Shown here: piece after piece, positions 19,482 to 28,431 of the stretch
How the letters are laid out: each line of letters opens with the position of its first letter
Position numbering within the stretch: position 1 is the stretch's first letter
From: an uncultured Rhodospirillaceae bacterium
GTDB taxonomy: Bacteria; Pseudomonadota; Alphaproteobacteria; Rhodospirillales; UBA2165
DNA: 64,000 nucleotides
Assembly (NCBI GenBank): GCA_964639965.1
Contig: CAZXGI010000001.1
Coordinates: 18,661-82,660, forward strand
Direction of reading: 5' to 3'
Position numbers and translations under genes: made by a program
The notes under the pieces: generated by a model
Told to the model about the DNA's origin: nothing
What the model saw: the letters and a program-made list of their open reading frames with translations, nothing else
Database searches by the model: none

Positions 19482-20585
19482 TCATACTTTCCTTGTTTTG
19501 AACCTAGGGTTCACAAATAAGAGGGTCAGCATTATTAAAATAGGAGCTAACGTAGCTATATATATCAATGGAACAATTTGGAGATTTTTAGCACTAATGC
19601 TAATCACACCCAGATTACTAACCCAAAGGGTAAAAAATATAACTGCAGCAGTTATGATGCGATTAGTTTGCCCATGTCTAGAAAAGTCTCCTAGCAGGAG
19701 GCAGATAAGTGCAATAAGTGTAAATACAAGTGTGTTGATCGGCGCGGTTAAGCGTTGATGACCCTCAACTTTAAACTTGCCGAAATCTTGCGGATTTCCA
19801 ACATCGTTAATCTTTAACTCTAATAACTCACCCACCATTCGTTCACGCGCTTCTCGGAAGCGACTGCTAGGTTTGGGGGTAAGACCGCTTAGGTCTATGG
19901 TATAACGGTCAAAGTATAGAATTGACAAATTATTATTATTTTTCTGAATTTCTTGTCTGTTTCCTTCAAATACTGTAACACGGGCGCCTTCTGAACTTTT
20001 AGTTAATACGCCTCGTTCAGCGATTATTGTTACAGGTTTGTCTTCTTTTGTCGTATCATGGTAGAGAATTCCACGTAGTTCTGATTGGCCCTTTCGCTCT
20101 CTTATATAAATTGTCACTTTGTTTGAAATTGAGTTAAACACACCTTCTTTCAGCAGCACATGTGCAAAACTATACCTAATATCCCATTGGAGATTTCGAA
20201 AGCCTTGATAGGATTTTGGTGTGACATATAGTGTCATACAGTACCCCATTAAAACGGCGAAGAAAGCAATCGTAAGTGCTGGCTTCGCAAGGGCAGCAGG
20301 ACTTACACCAGCTGCCCGCATGACGATAAGTTCACGGTCTGAATTAAGTCGACTGTAAACAAAAAGTGTTGCGATAAATATTGCGAAAGGAATTATATGA
20401 ACAATGAAATTAGGGATCTGAAGTAAACTTAATTGAAGAAATATTTTGATTGAAACTCCCCTATTTACTATATGCTCAACAGCACGCACGGCGACGAAGA
20501 GCCAAATGACACCGGTCATGACCAATCCTGTCAAGAGGGATGAAATAAATAGCCGGCGCATCAAATATCTATCTAATTTATTCAA
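19482..20585 (-). CDS. lptF: LPS export ABC permease LptF
   Basis: 367 aa. The N-terminus MNKLDRYLMRRLF and the topology are typical of YjgP/YjgQ proteins. First gene of the lptFG-lptD-surA-pdxA-rsmA string. Confidence 0.9.
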   Translation of the reverse strand: MNKLDRYLMRRLFISSLLTGLVMTGVIWLFVAVRAVEHIVNRGVSIKIFLQLSLLQIPNFIVHIIPFAIFIATLFVYSRLNSDRELIVMRAAGVSPAALAKPALTIAFFAVLMGYCMTLYVTPKSYQGFRNLQWDIRYSFAHVLLKEGVFNSISNKVTIYIRERKGQSELRGILYHDTTKEDKPVTIIAERGVLTKSSEGARVTVFEGNRQEIQKNNNNLSILYFDRYTIDLSGLTPKPSSRFREARERMVGELLELKINDVGNPQDFGKFKVEGHQRLTAPINTLVFTLIALICLLLGDFSRHGQTNRIITAAVIFFTLWVSNLGVISISAKNLQIVPLIYIATLAPILIMLTLLFVNPRFKTRKV

Positions 20586-20860
20586 GTTACTTGCACTCCA
20601 TGAGATTCAGTGTGTCCGTTTGGTATAGCCCTCATCTTATAGTTAAAACTATATAATGGAATCAATAAAATCCAGTAGTTGAGGATGTTATCAAATAAAT
20701 TTAGGTTGCAGGAAAACTTAACTAAAATGTTTTATAAAAATCGGTTTTAAAACAATACCTTACATCTTTATAGAGTATGAAGCTATTAATTTTAATTTTT
20801 TGTACTTAGCCTTTCCACGTTTACAGGAAATTTGTTATAAGATTATAACTATTCTGATTT

Positions 20861-22267
20861 TTAGATTATTTTTCCTGGGTTCATTATGTTGTGTGGATCA
20901 ATGGCTTTTTTAATCGTTCTCATTAGTGAAATTTTCGATGGCGACGCATAGTGGGCGAGTTCTTCGCGCTTAAACAAACCAATTCCATGTTCCGCACTTA
21001 TGCTACCTTCCATTTCTATTACTAGGTCGTGGACTATGCGGCTAATTTCCGGTGATTGTGATAGAAAATCCACTTTTCTCATGTTTATTGGTTGAGTTAG
21101 ATTATAGTGAATATTTCCATCGCCTATGTGCCCAAAAGGGCAGGGACGGATTCCAGCAAGAGCACTTGTGACACGTTTTGTAGCTTCTTTAATGAAGTTT
21201 ACGGTGTTTGAGACTGGCACGGAAACATCGTGCTTGATGCTTCCACCTTCACGTGATTGTGCGGCTGGGATTTCTTCTCTAATTCTCCAGAGATTTTTTC
21301 TCTGTGTATTATTTTCTGCAAATACAGCATCCATAATTGTTCCACCCTCGAGCGCTTTCATGAGGACTTCTTCAATGCTGCTGCGCAGATTATCTTTTTT
21401 CTGAGCTGAGGTCAGTTCGATAAGCGCATAAAAAGGATAGGGTGCGCCAAAAGGGTCATCAACTCCAGGGATATGTTTTTTGCCCAATTCGAGCCCAATC
21501 CTTGCTATCAATTCAAAAGCTGTCAGTTTGTCCCCGCATATCTCACGTGTTTGATCAAATAGAGTTAAAATAGGTTCAAGCTTAGGTAGTGCAACCAAAA
21601 CCGTTGTAGACGTTTTTGGAGCAGGATACAGCTTTAATACAGCTTTGGTGACAATACCTAATGTGCCTTCAGCGCCAATGAAAAGTTGCTTCAAGTCATA
21701 CCCAGTATTATCCTTTCGTAGTCTATTCAGTCCGTTCCAGATCTCGCCATTTGGGAGCACGACTTCTAAACCTAGAACCAAGTCACGTGTATTACCATAT
21801 CGAAGAACACTAACTCCCCCTGCGTTTGTCGAAATATTTCCGCCGATGCAGCAACTCCCTTCGGCTCCTAAGCTTAAAGGAAATAAACATTTTTTTTCTT
21901 CTGCTGCAGTTTGTAAATTAGATAAAATACAACCAGATTCTGCAGTCATTGTATTGTTAAGGGGATCAATATGAATAATTTTATTTAGGCGGTCAGAGGC
22001 TAGTACAATACCGCCATTGGCTAGGGTGCCACCAACCAAACCTGTACAACCTCCTACAGGTACTACTGGTATTTTTTCTTTCGCACAGGTTTTAATAATC
22101 GATGAAACTTCATTAACATCCTTAGGGCGAACTACTATATCGGCTTTGCTTCTTGATAATCCCCGCTCTTCATGGAGATAGGGCTTCATTTTATCCGGTT
22201 GACAAATGATGCCATTGGGCCCGACAATCGTTTCTAGCTGGCTTTTTGTTTTATCAGATATAAACAT
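20861..22267 (-). CDS. FAD-linked oxidase (GlcD / D-2-hydroxyacid dehydrogenase family)
   Basis: 468 aa. FAD-binding PCMH region (IPVVPVGGCTGLVGG) and C-terminal SAEHGIG..K motif. The substrate cannot be told from sequence. Confidence 0.8.
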   Translation of the reverse strand: MFISDKTKSQLETIVGPNGIICQPDKMKPYLHEERGLSRSKADIVVRPKDVNEVSSIIKTCAKEKIPVVPVGGCTGLVGGTLANGGIVLASDRLNKIIHIDPLNNTMTAESGCILSNLQTAAEEKKCLFPLSLGAEGSCCIGGNISTNAGGVSVLRYGNTRDLVLGLEVVLPNGEIWNGLNRLRKDNTGYDLKQLFIGAEGTLGIVTKAVLKLYPAPKTSTTVLVALPKLEPILTLFDQTREICGDKLTAFELIARIGLELGKKHIPGVDDPFGAPYPFYALIELTSAQKKDNLRSSIEEVLMKALEGGTIMDAVFAENNTQRKNLWRIREEIPAAQSREGGSIKHDVSVPVSNTVNFIKEATKRVTSALAGIRPCPFGHIGDGNIHYNLTQPINMRKVDFLSQSPEISRIVHDLVIEMEGSISAEHGIGLFKREELAHYASPSKISLMRTIKKAIDPHNIMNPGKII

Positions 22268-22274
22268 GATTTAA

Positions 22275-23246
22275 TTATTCACTTGTGGCCGCTCGGCGCA
22301 AGCGATCGTTAATTGCCAACCCTATACCTATTTTTGGAATTGGCATTACAGCTATAGGTTTTGCTCCCGGTTTGTTTAACTCATGCATAAATCTAAACAA
22401 ATTTGCAGCTGCTTCAACTAAATCCCCCGTGTAACTTAGGTTAAGTGCTGAGGGCGGAGCATTAGGTCCAAAACCGAGTACGTTTTCATTCTCAGAAAAC
22501 ATAGTCGCATCTATACGAATTGGTGTGTCTGGAGCGTAATGACGGTTAAGCATGCCTGGAGATAAAATCTTGCGGTTGTCACTTGGGAGTGAAATTGGGC
22601 CAATAATTTTGTTAATTTGGTCTATAGTTATTTTACCCGACCTCAAGAGTATAGGTGCTTCGCCTGATAAATCAACGACTGTGGATTCTATTCCAATTGA
22701 GCATGACCCACCATTAATAATTAATGGAATTGCACCACCAAGTGATTTTTCGACATGCTCAGCAGTTGTGGGACTTATCTTGCCCGAGAGGTTAGCGCTA
22801 GGCGCAGCTATAGGGCATGCGGCTTCTTTAATTAGTTCTAGGGCAATGCTGTGAGAAGGGATCCGGACGGCGACCGTATCTAGTCCTGAACTGACCAGGA
22901 GGGATAGTCGACAATTTTGTGTTTTCTTTAATATCAGGGTCAGTGCACCTGGCCAAAAATTCTTAGCTAGTTTCTCAGACCAATCATTCCATTCGGTTTG
23001 TTGTTTGACATCACTAATATTCTTGAAATGGACAATGAGGGGATTGAAACTAGGCCGTTGTTTGGCAGCGTAAATCCGCGCCACTGCTTGGTCGTTGAAG
23101 GCATTCGCGCCGAGGCCATAAACTGTTTCTGTTGGAAACGCGACGATTTCACCAGCGCTTAATTGGGTCGCAGCACTATGAATTCCCTGAGCATCTGCAT
23201 ATAAAAATTTTGTTTTCATGAGTTGGTTTATAGCATATTCCAGCAC
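22275..23246 (-). CDS. tsaC: L-threonylcarbamoyladenylate synthase (YrdC domain plus Sua5 C-terminal domain)
   Basis: GEIVAFPTETVYGLGANA signature, SAN.SG motif, and ~120-aa Sua5-type C-terminal domain. The start is either GTG 23246 (abutting the cysQ stop) or ATG 23219. Confidence 0.9.
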   Translation of the reverse strand: MLEYAINQLMKTKFLYADAQGIHSAATQLSAGEIVAFPTETVYGLGANAFNDQAVARIYAAKQRPSFNPLIVHFKNISDVKQQTEWNDWSEKLAKNFWPGALTLILKKTQNCRLSLLVSSGLDTVAVRIPSHSIALELIKEAACPIAAPSANLSGKISPTTAEHVEKSLGGAIPLIINGGSCSIGIESTVVDLSGEAPILLRSGKITIDQINKIIGPISLPSDNRKILSPGMLNRHYAPDTPIRIDATMFSENENVLGFGPNAPPSALNLSYTGDLVEAAANLFRFMHELNKPGAKPIAVMPIPKIGIGLAINDRLRRAATSE

Positions 23247-24011
23247 TTATAGGCCTTGAGCAATAAAAAAAGGATTGAGAATGTTATCTTTACCATAAAG
23301 GAATGGTGAACCATCAATTTGCGTTAAAGAACCACCAGCTGCAGTCAATACTGCATGGCCTGCAGCAATATCCCATTCTGAAGTAGGCCCAAACCTAGGA
23401 TAAAGGTCCGCCTCGCCTGCTGCAATAAGGCATAATTTAAGAGAACTTCCCAAGTACATTGTATTTTTGATTTTATATTTCGATAGATAGTTTTTCTCTT
23501 CATCGCGATGCGAACGACTTGAAACCACAGTGATGCCGTGTTTTGGCGCAGAACGAGCTGAGATTTTTTTTATTTTATTATTCTCATCTTCACAAAAAGC
23601 GTCAAACTTTCTTCCCCAGAAAGTTTTGCGAAGAGCTGGAGCATGTACAATTCCAAGAACAGCAATACCATTTTCAATTAGAGCAATATTCACAGTAAAT
23701 TCATCGCGTTTGTTGATAAATTCTTTAGTGCCATCTAACGCATCAACCAACCAGAATTTGTTTTTACTTCTTGAAGAACTCTTGCCAGCTGAATATGATT
23801 CTTCGCCAATAACCGGTATGTTGGGCGTAAATTGGGCTAAGCCTTCCAATATTATAGATTCGGCCTTTTTATCTGCTTCTGTTACAGGGGATTTGTCTAT
23901 TTTCTCACGGACTTGCAAATCAGTCTGATAGAATTCAAGAATTTTATCTCCTGCTTCTTTGGCTAGTTTAAGAAGCAACTTGATAGAATTATCTGAGAAA
24001 TCTGTTGGCAA
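23247..24011 (-). CDS. cysQ: 3'(2'),5'-bisphosphate nucleotidase CysQ (inositol monophosphatase fold)
   Basis: FWLVDALDGTKEF and EWDIAAGHAVL motifs. The apparent start is TTG. Confidence 0.85.
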   Translation of the reverse strand: MPTDFSDNSIKLLLKLAKEAGDKILEFYQTDLQVREKIDKSPVTEADKKAESIILEGLAQFTPNIPVIGEESYSAGKSSSRSKNKFWLVDALDGTKEFINKRDEFTVNIALIENGIAVLGIVHAPALRKTFWGRKFDAFCEDENNKIKKISARSAPKHGITVVSSRSHRDEEKNYLSKYKIKNTMYLGSSLKLCLIAAGEADLYPRFGPTSEWDIAAGHAVLTAAGGSLTQIDGSPFLYGKDNILNPFFIAQGL

Positions 24012-24022
24012 TAAAAATTCCT

Positions 24023-24508
24023 TTAGCCTATAGCTTTCTCTGCATCCTCATGCCAGTGTTTGGTGGGTGCGTTAGAGCCAATTAAAATAAATGCAATTTG
24101 ACACGGTTCTGAGAAAGGGTTGGCCCAGCCGTGCATTGTCGCACGTTGAACCATAACATCACCAGCATTAAAATCTATTTTGTCTCCATCATCCAAATAC
24201 ATCTCACATCTGCCGGAGAGACATATTGCGTAATCAATTGTATTTGTGCGGTGCATATATGCTTCTTTGCCAGGGACCAACTCGAGAATTCGAAATATTG
24301 ATCCAGTTTTTGGGGGTTCAATATCTCTAGGCGTAGCAGTTGGATCTTTACCATTTACATCGGCAGGAGACCCCTCTGTGACCCAGAGTAATGTTTCAAA
24401 ATTGCCCGAACGCAGTTGCTGTATATTTCCCATTATTTCATCAGCACCTACGATTGCTTTGCCATCAGTTGCGTGGGACGTAATAATGCGACGGATATTA
24501 AGCGTCAT
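24023..24508 (-). CDS. cupin-domain protein of unknown function
   Basis: 161 aa. The C-terminal half has a cupin-like beta pattern (YMHRTNTIDYAICLSG.CEMYLDDGD...GDVMVQRATMHGW). Function unknown. Confidence 0.6.
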   Translation of the reverse strand: MTLNIRRIITSHATDGKAIVGADEIMGNIQQLRSGNFETLLWVTEGSPADVNGKDPTATPRDIEPPKTGSIFRILELVPGKEAYMHRTNTIDYAICLSGRCEMYLDDGDKIDFNAGDVMVQRATMHGWANPFSEPCQIAFILIGSNAPTKHWHEDAEKAIG

Positions 24509-24598
24509 TATTATTGCTCCGAAAGATTTCTATTATAATTTCATTATGCGTTTAACAAATTTATTTAGCTAATGCTACAGCAATAAACCCATTTGGGC

Positions 24599-25483
24599 CT
24601 AGATCTTTCGCCGTTCACGGTAAATATTAAAGTAATTGCCAGTAAAAATTAATATTGCGCCAAAAAATATCCAGATCGAATATGGTTCATCGTATAAATA
24701 AAATCCAACTAATGCGATTATAGGCATTCTCATAAAATCAATGGGTATAACAACAGTCACATCTGCCAGAATTATAGCACGAGTCATACAATAATGCGCT
24801 GTGAGAGACATCGTGCCAACCAAGAGTATCCAAGGGCAATCTCCCCATGTCGGAGTTGTCCAATTTAAATAAGCTCCAATTGCACTAATTGGTAGTTGCA
24901 TAACAAACATTAAGAAAAGAATTGTTAGGGGACTATCATGTTTGGATAATGATTTCGTGATTACGTTTGCCGCAGCAAAACAAAATGCCGCGCATAGTAC
25001 CGCAAATGAACCGTAATCAATAGGAATTAGCCCAGGGCGAAGGATAACTAAAACCCCTGAAAAACCAAAAAAAATAGCAACTATTTTTCCTATTGTTAGT
25101 TTCTCTTTCAAAAAAGTAACTGCAAAAATGGCAACCCAAATAGGAATGCTAAACTCAAGAGCAAAGACCTGAGCTAATGGGATCAAACTGACGCCAATGA
25201 TCCAGGTTAAATTTCCAAAATAATGTATAGTATTTCTAAATATATGTAACCCTAGGTTCTTTGTCGAAATAGAATTCCAACCATTAAACATCACTAGCAC
25301 TAAAGTGACGGTGAGCGCTACAGAAGTTCTTAGGAAGACGATCTCGAACGAATCTATAGTGTTGGTTAATTCACGCACTGCCACCGCCATGGTTGAAAAT
25401 GAGGCCAAAGTTCCGACCATCCATAACACAGCAAGATAGAGTTTATTTCGCTTGTCTAAAATGTGTTCAATCAGGGGTTTCAA
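24599..25483 (-). CDS. DMT-superfamily (EamA-like) transporter
   Basis: 294 aa with about 10 TM segments in two repeated halves, as in EamA proteins. The apparent start is TTG. Confidence 0.8.
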   Translation of the reverse strand: MKPLIEHILDKRNKLYLAVLWMVGTLASFSTMAVAVRELTNTIDSFEIVFLRTSVALTVTLVLVMFNGWNSISTKNLGLHIFRNTIHYFGNLTWIIGVSLIPLAQVFALEFSIPIWVAIFAVTFLKEKLTIGKIVAIFFGFSGVLVILRPGLIPIDYGSFAVLCAAFCFAAANVITKSLSKHDSPLTILFLMFVMQLPISAIGAYLNWTTPTWGDCPWILLVGTMSLTAHYCMTRAIILADVTVVIPIDFMRMPIIALVGFYLYDEPYSIWIFFGAILIFTGNYFNIYRERRKI

Positions 25484-25529
25484 TTGGGTGCATTTCTGTT
25501 AAATTTTTGAAAACTATTCTTTAATTGTA

Positions 25530-27020
25530 CTATTTTTTTATTTTCAGCGTTTTTGTGGGCCAAAGTGGTTGATCACTCGGTAGGTTGATAGATGATTTAC
25601 TTTTAGTGGTGTATCTCCACGCTTCAATTGTGTTGGACCAGTAGTCTTCAGGCAAACCAGCCTTGAGTTTCAAGTGGTTGATAAATTGTTTAGGACTAGG
25701 AATTTGCTCCCATACGGAAGGGAGAAATACGCTCCTACATTGTGTCCCTTCTTTTAGAATGATTCCATCTATACCGGGTTGAAGTTTCGAAAGTAGATCT
25801 GCTTCATTTGAGAAATATATTTGTGTTTGTGAGCTTAAAATTGATATGGATATTTCAATATCCCCTGATCTTACTTCTTCTAGTGTAAGTCTCGGAAAGC
25901 GAGGGTCCTCAAAGGCCGCTTTGCAAGCATTTTCAATAATATCTTTAATTAGGGGTTTGGTAGCTTGTAATGAGCCTATGCACCCTCGTAATTGGTCTTT
26001 TTTACTTAGGGTTATGAATGAAGCACCGGTATCAGTTAAGACTTCGTTGAGTATTGGTAGCTTAAAGTTTTTGGTCTCAGGATGTAGCAATTGTGAGAAT
26101 ATAGCCGAAGCAGCTAACCGTAGCAGTTTTTCACCATGTTGTTCAAGGATGTCAGACATTGCGGATTCTGCTTCAGCTTTATTTTTATTATTCTCACCGT
26201 AATTTTCCTCAAAATACCAGGATCCGTAACCCACAACCCTATCCTTAGTACCGGCCGTATCACCTGAATTTCGCATATCTGCAATCTTTACTACCAAGCC
26301 TTTTTCCTTTCCCAACATTAAAAGGCCCTTAATTGAATGTCGTCCGCAAGCCTGCTCTCGTCCTATGGCATTTGGGTTCATTTGCTCAATGGCTTTACAT
26401 GTTTGTCTATCGAGTAAAGTAGCCTGATTATAATTCAAATAGTGACTAAGGTCTGATGAAATAAGGATTAAGGTTTCAGGACCGCCCCAGAGAATATCTA
26501 ATATCTCAGCAACTTTTTCAGGATTTGTATCACCAACAATTAGGGGTACCAGTTTAAAGCTATCTAGAATCGTTTGTAAAAAGGGGAGGTGTATTTCAAT
26601 ACTGTGATCTTCTGCATGAGTTTCATTAAAAATTTCGACGTAGTCTAGATCTTTAATACTTGCTATAGCATCTGTATCTATATGCACATCACCCAAAGGA
26701 GTTTGGAATATCTCAGCGCTTGGAAGAGCTAGGCCTTTAGTAGCGACACGATGGCAAGGGCCTAGAATGACAACCCGTTTTATTTTTTCACGAGCTGGCT
26801 TTAGTCGATTATATACAGCCGCTGCTGTTAGGCCAGAATAAATGTAACCTGCATGAGGGGCGATAATAGCTTTAGGAATAATGGTCGTATTATCAATATA
26901 TTTCTCGGCCTCATTTAAAAAATACTTTACTGTAACCTTCAGTTCATGCGGATTGCTAGGATAGAATGTTCCAGCAATAGCTGGAGGACGAATATTTTGC
27001 ATAACGGTATTTAAAGGCAT
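25530..27020 (-). CDS. fusion of AmmeMemoRadiSam system protein B (Memo-like, N-terminal) and protein A (AMMECR1-like, C-terminal)
   Basis: The N-terminal half carries AGTFYP, IAPHAGYIYSG, GPCHR and SSDLSHY (Memo family). The C-terminal half carries GASFITL, LRGCIGS, DPRFP and FLPSVWEQ (AMMECR1 family). Both lie in a single 496-aa ORF starting at ATG. Confidence 0.85.
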   Translation of the reverse strand: MPLNTVMQNIRPPAIAGTFYPSNPHELKVTVKYFLNEAEKYIDNTTIIPKAIIAPHAGYIYSGLTAAAVYNRLKPAREKIKRVVILGPCHRVATKGLALPSAEIFQTPLGDVHIDTDAIASIKDLDYVEIFNETHAEDHSIEIHLPFLQTILDSFKLVPLIVGDTNPEKVAEILDILWGGPETLILISSDLSHYLNYNQATLLDRQTCKAIEQMNPNAIGREQACGRHSIKGLLMLGKEKGLVVKIADMRNSGDTAGTKDRVVGYGSWYFEENYGENNKNKAEAESAMSDILEQHGEKLLRLAASAIFSQLLHPETKNFKLPILNEVLTDTGASFITLSKKDQLRGCIGSLQATKPLIKDIIENACKAAFEDPRFPRLTLEEVRSGDIEISISILSSQTQIYFSNEADLLSKLQPGIDGIILKEGTQCRSVFLPSVWEQIPSPKQFINHLKLKAGLPEDYWSNTIEAWRYTTKSKSSINLPSDQPLWPTKTLKIKK

Positions 27021-27245
27021 GATTTAGATTCTTGAAATTAGAGTTCAACAAAACCTTATGGAAAAAATAACATCTAATTTTGATTTTGACACTAGTTTTA
27101 ATAACTTTCAGTTTTTCAATTAGTTGTGTACCCTTAATGTGTTATAAAATTAAAAATTGTTAAAAGAGCAGTGTTGACACTCTTCTCTTGTTTTGTTTGG
27201 TGTCTGCAGATTTAATTTATGTTTTTGATCGTCTTATAAATAATT

Positions 27246-28313
27246 ATGAACCATCAAACTCAATATTGGCAATTACTTGCCGATGGCCGCGTTCAGTGTG
27301 ATGTTTGCCCGCGTGAATGCAGGCTGAAAGAGGGCCAACGTGGTCTTTGTTTTGTTCGAGCATGTCAGAATCAAGAAATTGTCCTAACAACCTATGGACG
27401 TTCTTCAGGTTTTTGCATAGATCCAATTGAGAAGAAGCCTCTCAATCATTTTTTGCCTGGAACTCCAGTACTTTCATTTGGTACAGCAGGTTGTAACTTA
27501 ACTTGCAAGTTTTGCCAGAATCATGATATTTCAAAATCACGAGAGATGGATAAATTGGCTGATTACGCAAGCCCTGAAAAGATAGCCTTGATCGCTGAAG
27601 AATTAGGTTGCAAGAGTGTAGCCTTTACTTATAACGATCCCACTATTTTTATAGAATATGCTATCGATGTTGCGGTGGCTTGTCATGAAAAAAACATAAA
27701 AACAGTAGCCGTTACTGCTGGTTATATTTTGCCAACTCCTCGAGCAGAATTTTTTCGCCATATTGATGCGGCTAATATTGACCTTAAATCTTTTACTGAA
27801 CGATTTTATAGGGAGGTTTGTTCGGGGCACTTAAATGAAGTTTTAGACACCTTGGAATATCTTAGAAATGAAACAGAAGTCTGGTTTGAAATAACTACGC
27901 TCTTGATTCCAGGTGAAAATGATTCAGATCGGGAAATCAATGAAGAATGTGAATGGATTGCTGAGCGACTTGGATCCGATGTTCCCTTGCATTTCTCAGC
28001 TTTTCACCCTGACTGGAAAATGTTAGATAAAGCAAATACTCCACCAAATACGTTATTCAAAGCACAAAAAATTGCACAAAAGCATGGGCTCCGTTATGTC
28101 TATCTTGGTAACATCCACGATTTTAATGGATCTAGCACTTATTGTCATAAATGCGGTGAAACTTTAATTGGACGAGACTGGTATGAACTTTCGATTTGGG
28201 GATTGACGTCAGAAGGTAAGTGTCGAAAATGTGGTGCCGGATGTTCAGGCATATTTGATGGTCTTCCAGGGACATGGGGGCGCAAACGAAAGGTCATTGA
28301 GTTTACTAATTAA
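27246..28313 (+). CDS. AmmeMemoRadiSam system radical SAM enzyme
   Basis: The N-terminus VQCDVCPRECRLKEGQRGLCFVR, then DPIEKKPLNHF and the radical-SAM cluster GCNLTCKFCQN, match this family (related to PFL-activase). Read divergently from the Memo-AMMECR1 gene. Confidence 0.85.
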   Translation: MNHQTQYWQLLADGRVQCDVCPRECRLKEGQRGLCFVRACQNQEIVLTTYGRSSGFCIDPIEKKPLNHFLPGTPVLSFGTAGCNLTCKFCQNHDISKSREMDKLADYASPEKIALIAEELGCKSVAFTYNDPTIFIEYAIDVAVACHEKNIKTVAVTAGYILPTPRAEFFRHIDAANIDLKSFTERFYREVCSGHLNEVLDTLEYLRNETEVWFEITTLLIPGENDSDREINEECEWIAERLGSDVPLHFSAFHPDWKMLDKANTPPNTLFKAQKIAQKHGLRYVYLGNIHDFNGSSTYCHKCGETLIGRDWYELSIWGLTSEGKCRKCGAGCSGIFDGLPGTWGRKRKVIEFTN

Positions 28314-28431
28314 TATAGGGTTTGTCTTTTCTTGCACTGATCAACTCTAAAAAATATTTAATCAAATTTTGTTATGAGAGTTGATTTAGATTGTGACCAC
28401 TATAAATCTAGCTAAGGTGCCATAGAATTTT

